NCBI GenBank assembly: GCA_035650735.1
Contig: DASRGZ010000125.1
Coordinates: forward strand, 1-47,671
DNA: 47,671 bases
Origin: Chthonomonadaceae bacterium
GTDB lineage: Bacteria > Armatimonadota > Chthonomonadetes > Chthonomonadales > Chthonomonadaceae
Direction: 5' to 3'
In this document: positions 36,654-46,658 of the stretch, piece after piece
Numbering within the stretch: position 1 is the stretch's first letter
Layout: every line of letters begins with the position of its first letter
Position numbers and translations under genes: made by a program
Notes under the pieces: model-generated
Seen by the model: the letters and a program-made list of their open reading frames with translations, nothing else
Told to the model about the DNA's origin: nothing
The model's database searches: none

Positions 36654-38256
36654 TAACATCTTACCGGAAACCGAGGAGGCGAAAATCTCTCAGGCGCAGG
36701 TGCGCTCCGAGATACAGGAATACCTCACCGTCCAGAGGCAGCGACGCAGGCTCTTCCCGCGTGCCGCCCTGGTGGGCGCCTTGGCCGGCTGTGTCGCGGT
36801 TGCGTTTCGCGCCGTTCTGGCCGGAGGCGATACCCTTCGCAATATCCTGGTGATCTGGACGCATCACTATCCGCTGTTCGGGTGGATTTTGCCGATGCTG
36901 TTTGGGGCCGCAGGCACGGCGCTAGCCGTTCTGCTGGTGCGCCATCTGGCTCCGGAAGCCGCCGGAAGCGGCATTCCACATCTGGAAGCAGTGCTGCACC
37001 GGTTTCGCGAGCTCCAATGGAAGCGGGTGCTGCCAGTCAAGTTCTTCGGTGGCGCTCTAGCTATCGGCGGCGGCCTGGCGCTGGGCCGCGAAGGCCCGAC
37101 GGTGCAGATGGGCGGCACGGTCGGGGCGGCGGTTTCGGATTGGCTGCAGGCTTCCACGCGCGAGCGCCTGACCCTGATCGCCGCCGGGGCCGGCGCGGGG
37201 CTGGCCGCCGCCTTCAACGCACCGCTGGCCGGGCTGGTCTTTGTCCTGGAAGAGGTCCAGAAAGACTTTCGCCCCATTGTTTTTGGAACTGCTTTTATCG
37301 CCGCCGCCACCTCTGACATTGTGACCCGGTTCGCGGCGGGACAGCTTCCCGTCTTCAGCATACCCAGCTATCCGGTTCCCGCGCTGTCGGCACTGCCGGT
37401 TTTTGCCCTGCTGGGCCTGGTCGCCGGCCTGCTCGGGGTCGTCTATAATCGCAGCCTTATCGGCACGCTCAACCTCTTTGCACGGCTGCACGCCCGGCGC
37501 GTCGTCCCTGCGGCGGCGCTAGTGGGAGCGAGCGCCGGACTGATCGCCTGGTTTGCTCCCGGCCTTGTCGGCGGCGGGCATTCTCTGGCCGAAAGCATCC
37601 TGGAAGGGCACGCCGCATTGACTGCGATCCCCGTGTTATTCCTCGTGCGCTTTGTCCTCTCGATGGCCAGCTACGGCAGTGGCGCGCCCGGGGGCATCTT
37701 TGCGCCGCTGCTGGTGCTGGGGGCGCTTATCGGCCTGGGGGTCGGTCAGCTTACCCACCGCCTGTTTCCGGGCCTGGTCCCGCTGCCGGAGATATTTGCC
37801 GTGGTGGGGATGGCGGCCTATTTCACCGCCATTGTGCGCGCGCCGCTGACCGGCATCGTGCTCATCACCGAGATGACCGGAAACTACAGCCAGATGCTGC
37901 CGCTGGTGGTGGCCTGCTTCTGCGCCTATACGGTGGCCGAATCCCTGGAAGAACTGCCCATTTATGAGAACCTGCTGGAGCGGGATCTGCTGCGCGGGGG
38001 CCTGCTCCCCGATTTGAAAGAACCGATCGTGGTGGAACTGGAGGTCGAGCCAGGTGCCCCGTTCGAGGGCAGGGAGGTCCGCGAACTGGGGCTGCCGCCC
38101 GGCTGTATCCTGGTCAGTTGTCGGGAAGGGGATCGGGAGTGGATTCCAACGGCAACGACCCGGCTGGAGGCGCACGTGCGGGTGACCGCCGTTATCTCCC
38201 CGGAGGCGCAAAGAGCCATCGGGGTGTTGCGGCACGGCTGTGAAGCACCGGATTAG
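36634..38256 (+). CDS. clcA: H+/Cl- antiporter ClcA with C-terminal TrkA-C (RCK_C) domain
   Basis: GSGIP, GREGP, FNAPLAG..F..EE, GGIFAP and PIYE motifs; C-terminal G..VRELGLPPGCILV domain. Confidence 0.93.
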   Translation: MTPTPDNNILPETEEAKISQAQVRSEIQEYLTVQRQRRRLFPRAALVGALAGCVAVAFRAVLAGGDTLRNILVIWTHHYPLFGWILPMLFGAAGTALAVLLVRHLAPEAAGSGIPHLEAVLHRFRELQWKRVLPVKFFGGALAIGGGLALGREGPTVQMGGTVGAAVSDWLQASTRERLTLIAAGAGAGLAAAFNAPLAGLVFVLEEVQKDFRPIVFGTAFIAAATSDIVTRFAAGQLPVFSIPSYPVPALSALPVFALLGLVAGLLGVVYNRSLIGTLNLFARLHARRVVPAAALVGASAGLIAWFAPGLVGGGHSLAESILEGHAALTAIPVLFLVRFVLSMASYGSGAPGGIFAPLLVLGALIGLGVGQLTHRLFPGLVPLPEIFAVVGMAAYFTAIVRAPLTGIVLITEMTGNYSQMLPLVVACFCAYTVAESLEELPIYENLLERDLLRGGLLPDLKEPIVVELEVEPGAPFEGREVRELGLPPGCILVSCREGDREWIPTATTRLEAHVRVTAVISPEAQRAIGVLRHGCEAPD

Positions 38257-38425
38257 CCCGGTTAACAACCCATCTCAAAAATGGCATTGGATTGCGGCAT
38301 AGAAGGCCCATAAGAGAGTGTGTCTATTCGGGGCTAGCGCCCCACGCAACGGTGGTTAGAGAGGGAGCGCTCGAGAGAGCTTCACCGTTGCGTGGGGCGC
38401 TGCCTATCGGGGAGGCTGAAGTCTA

Positions 38426-39280
38426 CTATCCCCCGGTCGCAAAGCCAGGATAGAGAGTCATGCCGCCATCTACAAAGAGGGTCGTGCCGGTCACATAGTC
38501 GGACTCGTCGGAGGCAAGCCAGACGGCCGCCCGGCCGATGTCCGCCGGCTCCCCGACCCGCTGGTAGGGAATGAGCGTGAGCAGTTTAGCTTCGGCCTCC
38601 GGCGTCTCCCAGGCCGTGCGGTTGATAGGCGTCTTAATCGCGCCGGGGCCAATACTGTTGATGCGGATTCGGTGCGGAGCATACTCCTGCGCAATGGATT
38701 TCATGAGCAGCATGACCCCGCCCTTAGAGGCTGCATAGTTGGCATGGCCCGCCCAGGGAATGACCTCGTGGACGGAGCTCATGCAGATGATCTTGCCCGC
38801 CGCGCAGGAGATCTCCGGGCGGATGCCGCGCCGCAGAAACTCGCGGATCGCTTCCCGCGCGCAGAGGAACTGCCCGGTGAGATTCACCCCGATCACAAAG
38901 TTCCACTGGTCGAGCGTCATGTCGGCGAAGGGCGCGTCCTTCTGCAAACCCGCATTGTTCACCAGGATATCAATCGTTCCGAACTCCCGGAACATCCGGG
39001 CGAACATGGCCTGTACCTGATCCTCCTGGCTCACGTCGGCCTGGATCGCGATGCCCACGCCGCCGGCGTCCCGGATCTCCGCGACGATCTTCTCCGCCGC
39101 CTCCGGCTTAGAAACATAGTTGACGACGACGGCGGCGCCTGCCGCCGCCAGATGGCGGGCTACGCTCTCCCCGATGCCGGAGTTCGCGCCGGTCACCAGC
39201 GCTTTCTGCCCTCGGAGGGGCTGCGTGGCATAGCGCTCTCTTAACTCTTCCTGTAGGGGCCTATCCGTTATTGTTATCAT
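38426..39280 (-). CDS. Glucose 1-dehydrogenase-like SDR
   Basis: TGANSGIG, NNAG, SSVHEVIPW, YAASKGG, PGAIKTPIN and DGGMTLYPGF motifs. Confidence 0.9.
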   Translation of the reverse strand: MITITDRPLQEELRERYATQPLRGQKALVTGANSGIGESVARHLAAAGAAVVVNYVSKPEAAEKIVAEIRDAGGVGIAIQADVSQEDQVQAMFARMFREFGTIDILVNNAGLQKDAPFADMTLDQWNFVIGVNLTGQFLCAREAIREFLRRGIRPEISCAAGKIICMSSVHEVIPWAGHANYAASKGGVMLLMKSIAQEYAPHRIRINSIGPGAIKTPINRTAWETPEAEAKLLTLIPYQRVGEPADIGRAAVWLASDESDYVTGTTLFVDGGMTLYPGFATGG

Positions 39281-39330
39281 CGCTGTGTCCTTCCTTGTGT
39301 GGGTTTTTGGTTAAATGGTGAAGCCGGGTT

Positions 39331-39430
39331 CTCCCCTCCTCCCCGGCCCTTCTCCCTGCTAGGGAGAAGGGGGAGGAGAAGCCAACTCTGTCTCTCCCCT
39401 CCCCTGTTCTTGGGGGACGAAGGGGCGGGT
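39331..39430. repeat. Degenerate REP-like palindromes
   Basis: CCTTCTCCCT-GCT-AGGGAGAAGG hairpin plus a second purine/pyrimidine hairpin; related to 1759-1803. Confidence 0.6.
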
Positions 39431-39435
39431 GCGCT

Positions 39436-42102
39436 CTATTCCCCGCTCTGCTGGAGGAGCTTGGCGACTACTCCCGTCCAGCCGGTCTGATGGCTGGCGC
39501 CCAAGCCTGCGCCGGTGTCTCCGTGGAAGTACTCATAGAACAGCAACAGGTCCCGCCAGTTCGGGTCGATTAGGTAGCGCTCCTGGCTGCCATGAACAGG
39601 GCGGCGACCTTCCTCATCGCGCAAGAAGGTGCGCGACAGACGGCGGGAAAGCTCCGCCGCGACCTCCCATAGGTTCATCCACTGCCCCGATCCAGTCGGA
39701 CACTCCACCTTAAAGTCGTCGCCGAGATAGTAGTGGAACTTCTGAAGCGACTCGATGAGTAGGTAGTTATCCGGGAACCATATCGGGCCGCGCCAGTTGG
39801 AGTTGCCGCCGAACAGGCCGGTACGCGACTCGCCCGGCTCGTAGTCCACCCGATATTCGTGCCCATCCACCCGCAAGATATAGGGATGCTCGCGGTGATA
39901 TTTGGAGACAGCGCGGATGCCATACGGCGACAGAAACTCCTGCTCGTCGAGCATCACCCGCAGCACCCGGCGCAGGCGTTCCGGGTCCGTGATGGCAAGC
40001 AGCCGCCTTTCGGCCATTCCCGGCGTTTTCATGCAGGCCATGTTGCGAGTCAGGTCGGGCCGGTTTGCGACGAACCATTCGAGCCGCCGCTTAAAGCCCG
40101 GCATGCGCTCCAGTATCTCCGGCTCCAGCGTTGTCACGGCGAAGAGCGGGATCAGGCCCACCATCGAGCGCACCTTGAGCGGGAAATGGTCGCCGTTGGG
40201 CAGAAGCAGCACGTCGTAGTAGAAGCCGTCCTCCTCATCCCAGATCTCGATGTCATCCCGCCCGCGATGGTTCATGGCGTAGGAGATATAGCAAAAATGC
40301 TCCCAGAACTTGCTGGCGACGTCCTCGTAGCAATGCTCCTCCTTCGCCAACTCCAGCGCTATGGCGAGCATATTCAGGCAGTACATCGCCATCCAGCTTG
40401 TGCCGTCCGACTGCTCGATGTTGCCGCCGGTCGGCAGAGGCGCGCTGCGGTCGAACACGCCGATGTTGTCCATGCCCAGGAATCCGCCCTGAAAGACGTT
40501 GCGGCCTTCGGCATCCTTGCGGTTGACCCACCAGGTAAAGTTCAGGAGCAGCTTGTGGAAAATGCGCTGCAAGAACTGGCGGTCTCCTACGCCGCACCGT
40601 TTCTCCTCGATCTGGTAGACGCGGAGCGCCGCCCAGGCATGCGTCGGCGGGTTCACGTCGCCGAACGCCCACTCGTAAGCCGGAATCTGGCCGTTCGGGT
40701 GCATGTACCACTCGCGCAGCATTAAGATAAGCTGCTCTTTGGCGAAATCGGGGTCCACCAGCGCCAGCGGGATACAGTGAAATGCCAGATCCCAGGCGGC
40801 GTACCAGGGATACTCCCACTTGTCCGGCATAGAGATCACGTCGGCGTTAAACAGATGCCGCCATTCGTGATTGCGGCCGCGCTGACGTTGTGGCGGCGGG
40901 GGAGGCTGCCCCGGATCGCCGTCTAGCCATTGGTCCACCACGTAATAGTAGAACTGCTTGGACCAGAGCAACCCGGCGAACGCCTGGCGCATCACGTTTT
41001 GCGCGTCCGGGGAGAGCGTGTCCGGGATTACGGTCGCATAGAACGCATCGGCCTCCTGCTGGCGCTGCGCGAAAAGGCGGTCGAACTCTGCGCCGAACGG
41101 CTCCTCCTCGGCAAACTCTCGATCTGTCAGGCGCAGCCGCACCTCCACCGTCTCGCCCGCGCCGACATCCAGACGATAGTACGCGGCGGCTTTGGTGCCG
41201 CTCTGCTTGGGATTGACCGCCTCCTTTTTTCCCTGGACGAGGTAGTCGTTGATGCTGTCCTTCACGTAAGGGGAGGCGTTCTCCACGCCAAAGAGGCGGG
41301 CGTTGTTCGTCTCGTTCTCCGTAAAGAGCAGTTCCGGGCTGCCCTCGCAGTAGAGCCAGCGTTCGCCGTAGTTCGGCTCCTGCAACGCGATGACCGCCGA
41401 ACGGCTGGCCCCCTCAGACGCCAGGCTATTCCCGTTGGCGTGCGCCAGGCAGGGACGCTGAACATCGTAGCCCCAGGACCAGGTATTGCGGAACCAGACC
41501 GTCGGCAGCAGGTGCAGCACCGCTGATTCCGGCCCACGGTTGGCAACGCGAATCCGGATCAGAATATCCTCCACATCCGCCTTCGCGTACTCCACGAACA
41601 CATCAAAATAGCGATTGTCGTCGAACACGCCCGTATCCAGCAGCTCATACTCCGGCTGGTCTTTGCCGCGCCGTCGGTTCTCCTCCACCAACTGGCTATA
41701 GGGAAACGCCGCCTGCGGGTACTTATACAGATACTTCATATAGGAGTGCGTTGGCGTGTTGTCGAGATAGTAGTAGCACTCCTTGACATCCTCAGCGTGA
41801 TTGCCCTCGTTGCCGGTCAGGCCGAAGAGGCGCTCCTTGAGGATGGGGTCGCGCCCGTTCCAGAGCGCCACCGCAAAGCAGATGTACTGATGGCGGTCGC
41901 AGAGGCCCGCGAGGCCGTCTTCGTTCCAGCGATAGGCGCGGGAGCGCGCATGGGCATGCGGCAGGTAGTCCCAGGACGATCCATAGGGGCTGTAGTCCTC
42001 GCGGACGGTTCCCCAGGCGCGCTCGCTAAGATAGGGGCCCCAGCGTTTCCAGTGCGCCTTGCGCTCCCGCGACTCTTGCAGTCTCTGGCCTTCTTTGGTC
42101 AT
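39436..42102 (-). CDS. GH63 / MGH1-like glycoside hydrolase (glucosidase)
   Basis: [46 protein letters not shown] and [20 protein letters not shown] motifs. Confidence 0.93.
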   Translation of the reverse strand: MTKEGQRLQESRERKAHWKRWGPYLSERAWGTVREDYSPYGSSWDYLPHAHARSRAYRWNEDGLAGLCDRHQYICFAVALWNGRDPILKERLFGLTGNEGNHAEDVKECYYYLDNTPTHSYMKYLYKYPQAAFPYSQLVEENRRRGKDQPEYELLDTGVFDDNRYFDVFVEYAKADVEDILIRIRVANRGPESAVLHLLPTVWFRNTWSWGYDVQRPCLAHANGNSLASEGASRSAVIALQEPNYGERWLYCEGSPELLFTENETNNARLFGVENASPYVKDSINDYLVQGKKEAVNPKQSGTKAAAYYRLDVGAGETVEVRLRLTDREFAEEEPFGAEFDRLFAQRQQEADAFYATVIPDTLSPDAQNVMRQAFAGLLWSKQFYYYVVDQWLDGDPGQPPPPPQRQRGRNHEWRHLFNADVISMPDKWEYPWYAAWDLAFHCIPLALVDPDFAKEQLILMLREWYMHPNGQIPAYEWAFGDVNPPTHAWAALRVYQIEEKRCGVGDRQFLQRIFHKLLLNFTWWVNRKDAEGRNVFQGGFLGMDNIGVFDRSAPLPTGGNIEQSDGTSWMAMYCLNMLAIALELAKEEHCYEDVASKFWEHFCYISYAMNHRGRDDIEIWDEEDGFYYDVLLLPNGDHFPLKVRSMVGLIPLFAVTTLEPEILERMPGFKRRLEWFVANRPDLTRNMACMKTPGMAERRLLAITDPERLRRVLRVMLDEQEFLSPYGIRAVSKYHREHPYILRVDGHEYRVDYEPGESRTGLFGGNSNWRGPIWFPDNYLLIESLQKFHYYLGDDFKVECPTGSGQWMNLWEVAAELSRRLSRTFLRDEEGRRPVHGSQERYLIDPNWRDLLLFYEYFHGDTGAGLGASHQTGWTGVVAKLLQQSGE

Positions 42103-42117
42103 CGTCGTCCTTCCCTT

Positions 42118-42339
42118 TCACGCGCCCGCCTGCCGCTCGGCCTCATGGCTTGCCGCCGCCGGCCACGACCCGATATAGCCGCAGCGCGGGCAGGTATGTA
42201 TCTCCAAAAGAACCCCTCCGAATAGCAGGCCATTGTCCGTGCCGAAGGCTGCCGTATCGCCCGAATAATCCACCTTCTCTGCATGGTGGTTCATAGCCGC
42301 CCCGCACTTGGGGCATATCCTTTGTTTGCTTGTAGACAT
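42118..42339 (-). CDS. Small zinc-ribbon protein (73 aa)
   Basis: CPKCG..MNHHAEK ... HTCPRCG; AGGAG RBS; tightly packed between neighbours. Confidence 0.8.
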   Translation of the reverse strand: MSTSKQRICPKCGAAMNHHAEKVDYSGDTAAFGTDNGLLFGGVLLEIHTCPRCGYIGSWPAAASHEAERQAGA

Positions 42340-42352
42340 CGTTGCTTTGCTC

Positions 42353-42922
42353 CTATTCCAGGGCCACATTCGCGCGCCCGTAGCGCAATACCTTCGCCAT
42401 CCAGATCAGCTCCTTCAGGAACTTATCCATGCGCGCGACATAAGCCGTATCCAGCAGCCTGCCGTCGGCATCAAATAGCTGCTGCACGTTGGAAAAGTTG
42501 CCGTCCCAGAAGATGGTCACCAATCCTAACTCGCGCATGACCGGCAGCAGGTTCTGGATGACGCGCGTGCCGCCGAACCCGCCCGCCGCGACGCCGCAAA
42601 TGCCGATCGGCTTATGAATGTACTCCTTCAGGTTGGTATCCAGCGCGTGCTTGAGCAGGCCGGGATAGCCATGATTGTATTCGGGAACGACGAGGATGAG
42701 CGCATCCGCCCGCATCATCGTCTCGGAGAACCCGGCATCCTTGATGCGCTCGCCCGCGTCTGTCGTCGGCAAGGGAAGGGTACGAATGTCAATCAGTTCC
42801 GTCTCTATGCCCGGCCTGTTGGCGGTCTGGTCCGCCACAAAAGCCGCCACGTTCTCGCTTGCGCGGCCCTGCCGGGGCGTGCCTAGAATGACGGGAATAA
42901 ATAGGGGACGTGCTTCTATCAT
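42353..42922 (-). CDS. NADPH-dependent FMN reductase
   Basis: GTPRQGRAS, PEYNHGYPGLLK.ALD and GGFGG motifs. Confidence 0.92.
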   Translation of the reverse strand: MIEARPLFIPVILGTPRQGRASENVAAFVADQTANRPGIETELIDIRTLPLPTTDAGERIKDAGFSETMMRADALILVVPEYNHGYPGLLKHALDTNLKEYIHKPIGICGVAAGGFGGTRVIQNLLPVMRELGLVTIFWDGNFSNVQQLFDADGRLLDTAYVARMDKFLKELIWMAKVLRYGRANVALE

Positions 42923-43042
42923 CGTCTAAGCCTCCCAATCTTCCTACTATCTCTTTCCTTTGCCTTTCTCTATCTTCGCTTTTCCTCTGTGTCTCTGTGC
43001 CTCTAGCGCAGCGGGTGGTTAATCCAGTTTGTCCGGTCTCCA

Positions 43043-43834
43043 CTAGACACAGCGTTCCGTGTTGAACCGAGCTGGCTGCCAGTTCGGCAGGTTGTTAAAG
43101 CGCGGCCAGCGTACCAGGCGCAACTGCGCGAGGCGGGCCAGGAGAATCTTGGTGAGAATGTCCTTTGCCCGAAACCGCAGCGAAGTGTAGCTGCGCGGGC
43201 GGTCCGACGGCAAGCCCTGTTCCGTTCCCAAAAGCGGACGGTAGAGGAAGGTCTTGATCGTGCCCAGTCCCTCGCAGTGCTCCTGGCTTTCCACGCAGTC
43301 CGCCATCGGGTAGGAGCCCAGGTCTCGCTGCGCGGTTTCGGTCAGCAGGATGTACTGGCTCTGGCGGAGCGAGTTCTTGAGCAGCCGGTGCGCCAGGATC
43401 ACATCCACTCCCGAAAGCTCGTCGAAGCGGTCGATCCGATGAAACAGGGCCGTACCGCTGTGGACAATGATCTTCAGACGCAGCCGATCCACGTTCTTGC
43501 AGGCCTCGCAAGGGCAGATATTGGCCTGCTCCAGTTCCCTGCGCCGCGTCTCAAAGGCCCGGGAGAGCCGCAGCAGCATCTCCATCACCTGCCACATCCG
43601 CTGCGCCCGCTCTGATGCGCTGCCCTGCTGGAGAGCATAGAGGAACACCGCGTCTCCTTCCAGCTTTGCCACCTGCAACGGCCTCTTCGCGTGCTGCAAG
43701 ACCGTCTTCATCAGTTGCGAGATGATCACATAGCTATGCGCCAGCGCGTGCCGGTTCGCGGTCATGAACTGTGTGTAGCCGCTGATGTCGCAGAGTATCA
43801 GAAGGACCTCTTTTTCTTGAGAATGCGTGCTCAT
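43043..43834 (-). CDS. DUF2652-type protein (class III nucleotide-cyclase-like fold)
   Basis: LILCDISGYT, KLEGDAVF, CPCEAC..L.LKIIVHSG and GVDVILAHRLLKN motifs. Confidence 0.85.
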   Translation of the reverse strand: MSTHSQEKEVLLILCDISGYTQFMTANRHALAHSYVIISQLMKTVLQHAKRPLQVAKLEGDAVFLYALQQGSASERAQRMWQVMEMLLRLSRAFETRRRELEQANICPCEACKNVDRLRLKIIVHSGTALFHRIDRFDELSGVDVILAHRLLKNSLRQSQYILLTETAQRDLGSYPMADCVESQEHCEGLGTIKTFLYRPLLGTEQGLPSDRPRSYTSLRFRAKDILTKILLARLAQLRLVRWPRFNNLPNWQPARFNTERCV

Positions 43835-45000
43835 CGGCGTGCTGCTTTTCTGCGCGGATTTTCCACCAGCGCGAGGGCATGTCCGTCCTGGTCGCGAACG
43901 AGAAACCCACTCGCAAAGCCCAATTTCTGTTCCGGCAGCGTCGCGGGGCCAGGCGAGATGAAGCTAACGCGGCTATCGAAGAGGCTTCGCGCCGCCCTGC
44001 TGGGGTCGGGAGCGACCAGCTTCGTCTGCCAGTGCCATATATCGTTGGCGCGCGTATCCGAGGGAATCGGTCGTCCATCGTGCGGCGTTAGGTACTCCAA
44101 GAACTCGATGGCCGGACCGGAAGCGAGCCGCAAGCGCGTGATTCGCAGGCGCGCGCCGAAGATGTTGTTGAGATGTTCCTGCTCGACGCCGTAGTTTTCG
44201 CTCTCTCCCGCAACGCGGAACCCCAGCGTGTCGCGATAGAACTTCAGGCTGGCTTCCCTATCGGAGACGACGATAGCGGTATGGTCTATGCCCAGGAACA
44301 GCCGATCCGTTCGATGCCACTTCGGAGCGCCCTTGTCGGGCGGGAACGACAGTATTTCCAGCGTGTGGCCGTCTGGGTCCTTAAAGTAGAACGCCTGGAT
44401 GCCGGCTGCCTTCGTGTTCCAATTGGGTATGCGCTGCGGCCCGGTGGAAGCGTGCTGGACCTTATGCGCGCGCAGCAGCCGGTAAGCGCGATCCATATCG
44501 CTGACAATGATGGCAATGTGCAGGAAAGCGCGGTCGTTGCTGCGCATGTCCGGTGGGATGGGGCGTCCCCTGGGGGCCAGGTATTCCGTCAGCCCTAGGA
44601 ACTCGTCGCCCAGCCGCAGCCGCACAACCCGCATTCGCAGGCCAAAGACGCCCTCCAGATGCTCGTACTCCGCGCCCGCAACCTCCATGTCGGATACCTT
44701 CTCGAAGGGCAGCACTTTGGTATAGAACCCTGCGTCTTCAGTTAGGAGGGAGGCAGGGCGATGGGCGGTCTCGAAGGGCAGCACTTTGGTATAGAACTCC
44801 AGGCCGCGATCCATGTCCGAAACCGTCATCCCGATGGAATCCACCGCTTCCGCAAGGGGCGCGTGGGACGTGGACTGCGGCGCGGGCCAGGCGGAGTTCG
44901 GCGAGGCCAGCAGCAGAAGCGCCAGCAGAATCCAGGGCAGCGCCGCCAGCCAGAGGCGCGTATTTTGCGCGTATTGGTCATAGATACTGCCGTGTCTCAT
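43831..45000 (-). CDS. Exported tandem VOC (glyoxalase-like) protein carrying an in-frame 23-aa duplication/insertion
   Basis: Signal peptide; HIAIIVSD, YFKDPDGH.LE, IDHTAIVVSD and RDQDGH motifs; FYTKVLPFE occurs twice. Confidence 0.9.
   Translation of the reverse strand: MRHGSIYDQYAQNTRLWLAALPWILLALLLLASPNSAWPAPQSTSHAPLAEAVDSIGMTVSDMDRGLEFYTKVLPFETAHRPASLLTEDAGFYTKVLPFEKVSDMEVAGAEYEHLEGVFGLRMRVVRLRLGDEFLGLTEYLAPRGRPIPPDMRSNDRAFLHIAIIVSDMDRAYRLLRAHKVQHASTGPQRIPNWNTKAAGIQAFYFKDPDGHTLEILSFPPDKGAPKWHRTDRLFLGIDHTAIVVSDREASLKFYRDTLGFRVAGESENYGVEQEHLNNIFGARLRITRLRLASGPAIEFLEYLTPHDGRPIPSDTRANDIWHWQTKLVAPDPSRAARSLFDSRVSFISPGPATLPEQKLGFASGFLVRDQDGHALALVENPRRKAARR
44700..44797. repeat. 29-bp perfect direct repeat x2 with 40-bp spacer inside the VOC gene
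   Basis: TCTCGAAGGGCAGCACTTTGGTATAGAAC at 44700-44728 and 44769-44797. Confidence 0.92.
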
Positions 45001-46544
45001 TGCAGTCTCTCCAATAGGTGATCGCCGACGCGCAGAGCGTTAGCCATGATAGTCAGCGCAGGGTTAACCGCCGAGCTGGAGACGAAGAAGCTGCCGTCCA
45101 CCACATAGAGGTTATCCAGGTCGTGCATCTTGCAGTGGACATCCAGCGCCGACGTTTGCGGATCGTTGCCGAAGCGAACCGTGCCGCACTGGTGCGCGAC
45201 GCCCGCCAGGGGTATCTCCTTGCCCAGGTAGAAGGCGTTGTGCATCAGATGGTCCTCAAGGCCGATCTCACCCAACAGCATCTTGAGCTTGTGTACGAGG
45301 CGCTCATGGCCTTCGAGATTGTTGGGCGTATGATGCAGCGTGATCTGTCCGTCCCGATGGACCAGGACGCGGTTGTCGGGATCGGGCAGGTCTTCCGAGG
45401 TGAGCCAGAAGTCAATCGCGTGCTTGGCCAGCACATCCAGGGCCATACCGGGCGCGAATTTGGGCGCTCCGGCCCGCAGAACGTCCATGTCCGTCTTGCC
45501 GATCATCGAGATGTGCCCCAGCGGATAGTCCCAATCGTCCGCAAAATGGTAAAAGTCGTTCAGGGCGATGGTCTTCTGGAACACGGTCGGATTGGGGGTG
45601 CGGGAGATGGCAAGCAGGGTCGCGTTGTTATGGCACATGTAGTTTCTGCCTACCATGTCCGAGCTGTTCCCCAGGCCGTTCGGGTGCCTGTCGTTGGCCG
45701 ACTTGAGCAGCAGGGCGGCGGAGTTAATGGCTCCGCAGGAGACCGCAACGATGTCCGCCGAGAAGGTCATCTGCTCCCCATCGCGCTCGACCTGCACGCC
45801 GGTTACGGTATGCCCGGTTGCGTCGGTATCGAGGCGCTGAACGCGGGTGCGGGTGAGTAAGGTAACGTTCGGGTATTCCAGGGCCGGGTCTACGGCGCAC
45901 ACCTGCGCGTCCGATTTGGCGTTGACCAGGCAGGGGAAGCCGTCGCAGGTGCTGCACCGGATACAGGCGCTCTTAGGGCGATTCTGTTCGTTGAGCATGA
46001 TGCCGAGGGGCACATGGAACGGCCTGTGCCCGCGCTCTACCAGGTCGTCGTGTAGCTGCTGAATACGCGGCTCATGGCTGACGGCGGGATGCGGGAAGGG
46101 CACGGTCTCCGGCGGCTCTGTCGGGTCTTCGCCACGATTGCCGTGCACGTGATAGAGGTGTTCTGCCTGTAAATAGTAGGGGGCCATGTCTTCATAGTCA
46201 ATAGGCCAGGCCGGAGAGATTCCGCCGTGATGCCGGATAACCCCGAAATCCTCCTTGCGAAAACGGAAGAGGGCGGCTCCATAGAACTTTGTATTGCCCC
46301 CGACGTTATAGTTTGTGCTGGGATGAAACTCGTTGCCGTCTTTGTCGCGCCATATATCATGGGCTTTGTATTTGCCCTCCAGGACGACGGCCTTCGATAT
46401 CCAGTTATCCTTTTCGCGGGGCACGTAATCGCCCCGTTCAAGCAGCAGAATGCGTTTGCCGGAGGGAGCCAGGCGATAGGCCAGCGTGCCGCCGCCCGCG
46501 CCTGTCCCAATGATGATGACATCGTAATGGTTGCCGTTGGACAT
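44997..46544 (-). CDS. GMC family FAD oxidoreductase
   Basis: IIIGTGAGGG, VGGNTKFYGA, CIRCSTCDGFPC, HQCGTVRFG and NPALTIMANALR motifs; GAAGGAG RBS. Confidence 0.94.
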   Translation of the reverse strand: MSNGNHYDVIIIGTGAGGGTLAYRLAPSGKRILLLERGDYVPREKDNWISKAVVLEGKYKAHDIWRDKDGNEFHPSTNYNVGGNTKFYGAALFRFRKEDFGVIRHHGGISPAWPIDYEDMAPYYLQAEHLYHVHGNRGEDPTEPPETVPFPHPAVSHEPRIQQLHDDLVERGHRPFHVPLGIMLNEQNRPKSACIRCSTCDGFPCLVNAKSDAQVCAVDPALEYPNVTLLTRTRVQRLDTDATGHTVTGVQVERDGEQMTFSADIVAVSCGAINSAALLLKSANDRHPNGLGNSSDMVGRNYMCHNNATLLAISRTPNPTVFQKTIALNDFYHFADDWDYPLGHISMIGKTDMDVLRAGAPKFAPGMALDVLAKHAIDFWLTSEDLPDPDNRVLVHRDGQITLHHTPNNLEGHERLVHKLKMLLGEIGLEDHLMHNAFYLGKEIPLAGVAHQCGTVRFGNDPQTSALDVHCKMHDLDNLYVVDGSFFVSSSAVNPALTIMANALRVGDHLLERLQ

Positions 46545-46658
46545 CTCAGGTCTCCTTCCTCAGCCGGAAGAGGGTCGTGCGCGAGAGAGGTTTCCCGCCC
46601 GGCGTCTCGCCGTTGAGCGCGTCCGGGCGGGAGGCCCGCCGCGAGGCTCGCCCAGAGC

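Noticed and set aside
36634..38256. Fluoride exporter CLC-F
   Set aside because: It has the GSGIP and GREGP signatures of Cl-/H+ antiporters, and I see no fluoride riboswitch.
42985..43025. CTCTGTGTCTCTGTGCCTCT..GTGGTT tract as a novel element
   Set aside because: It looks like a common short intergenic repeat; single copy here and uninformative.
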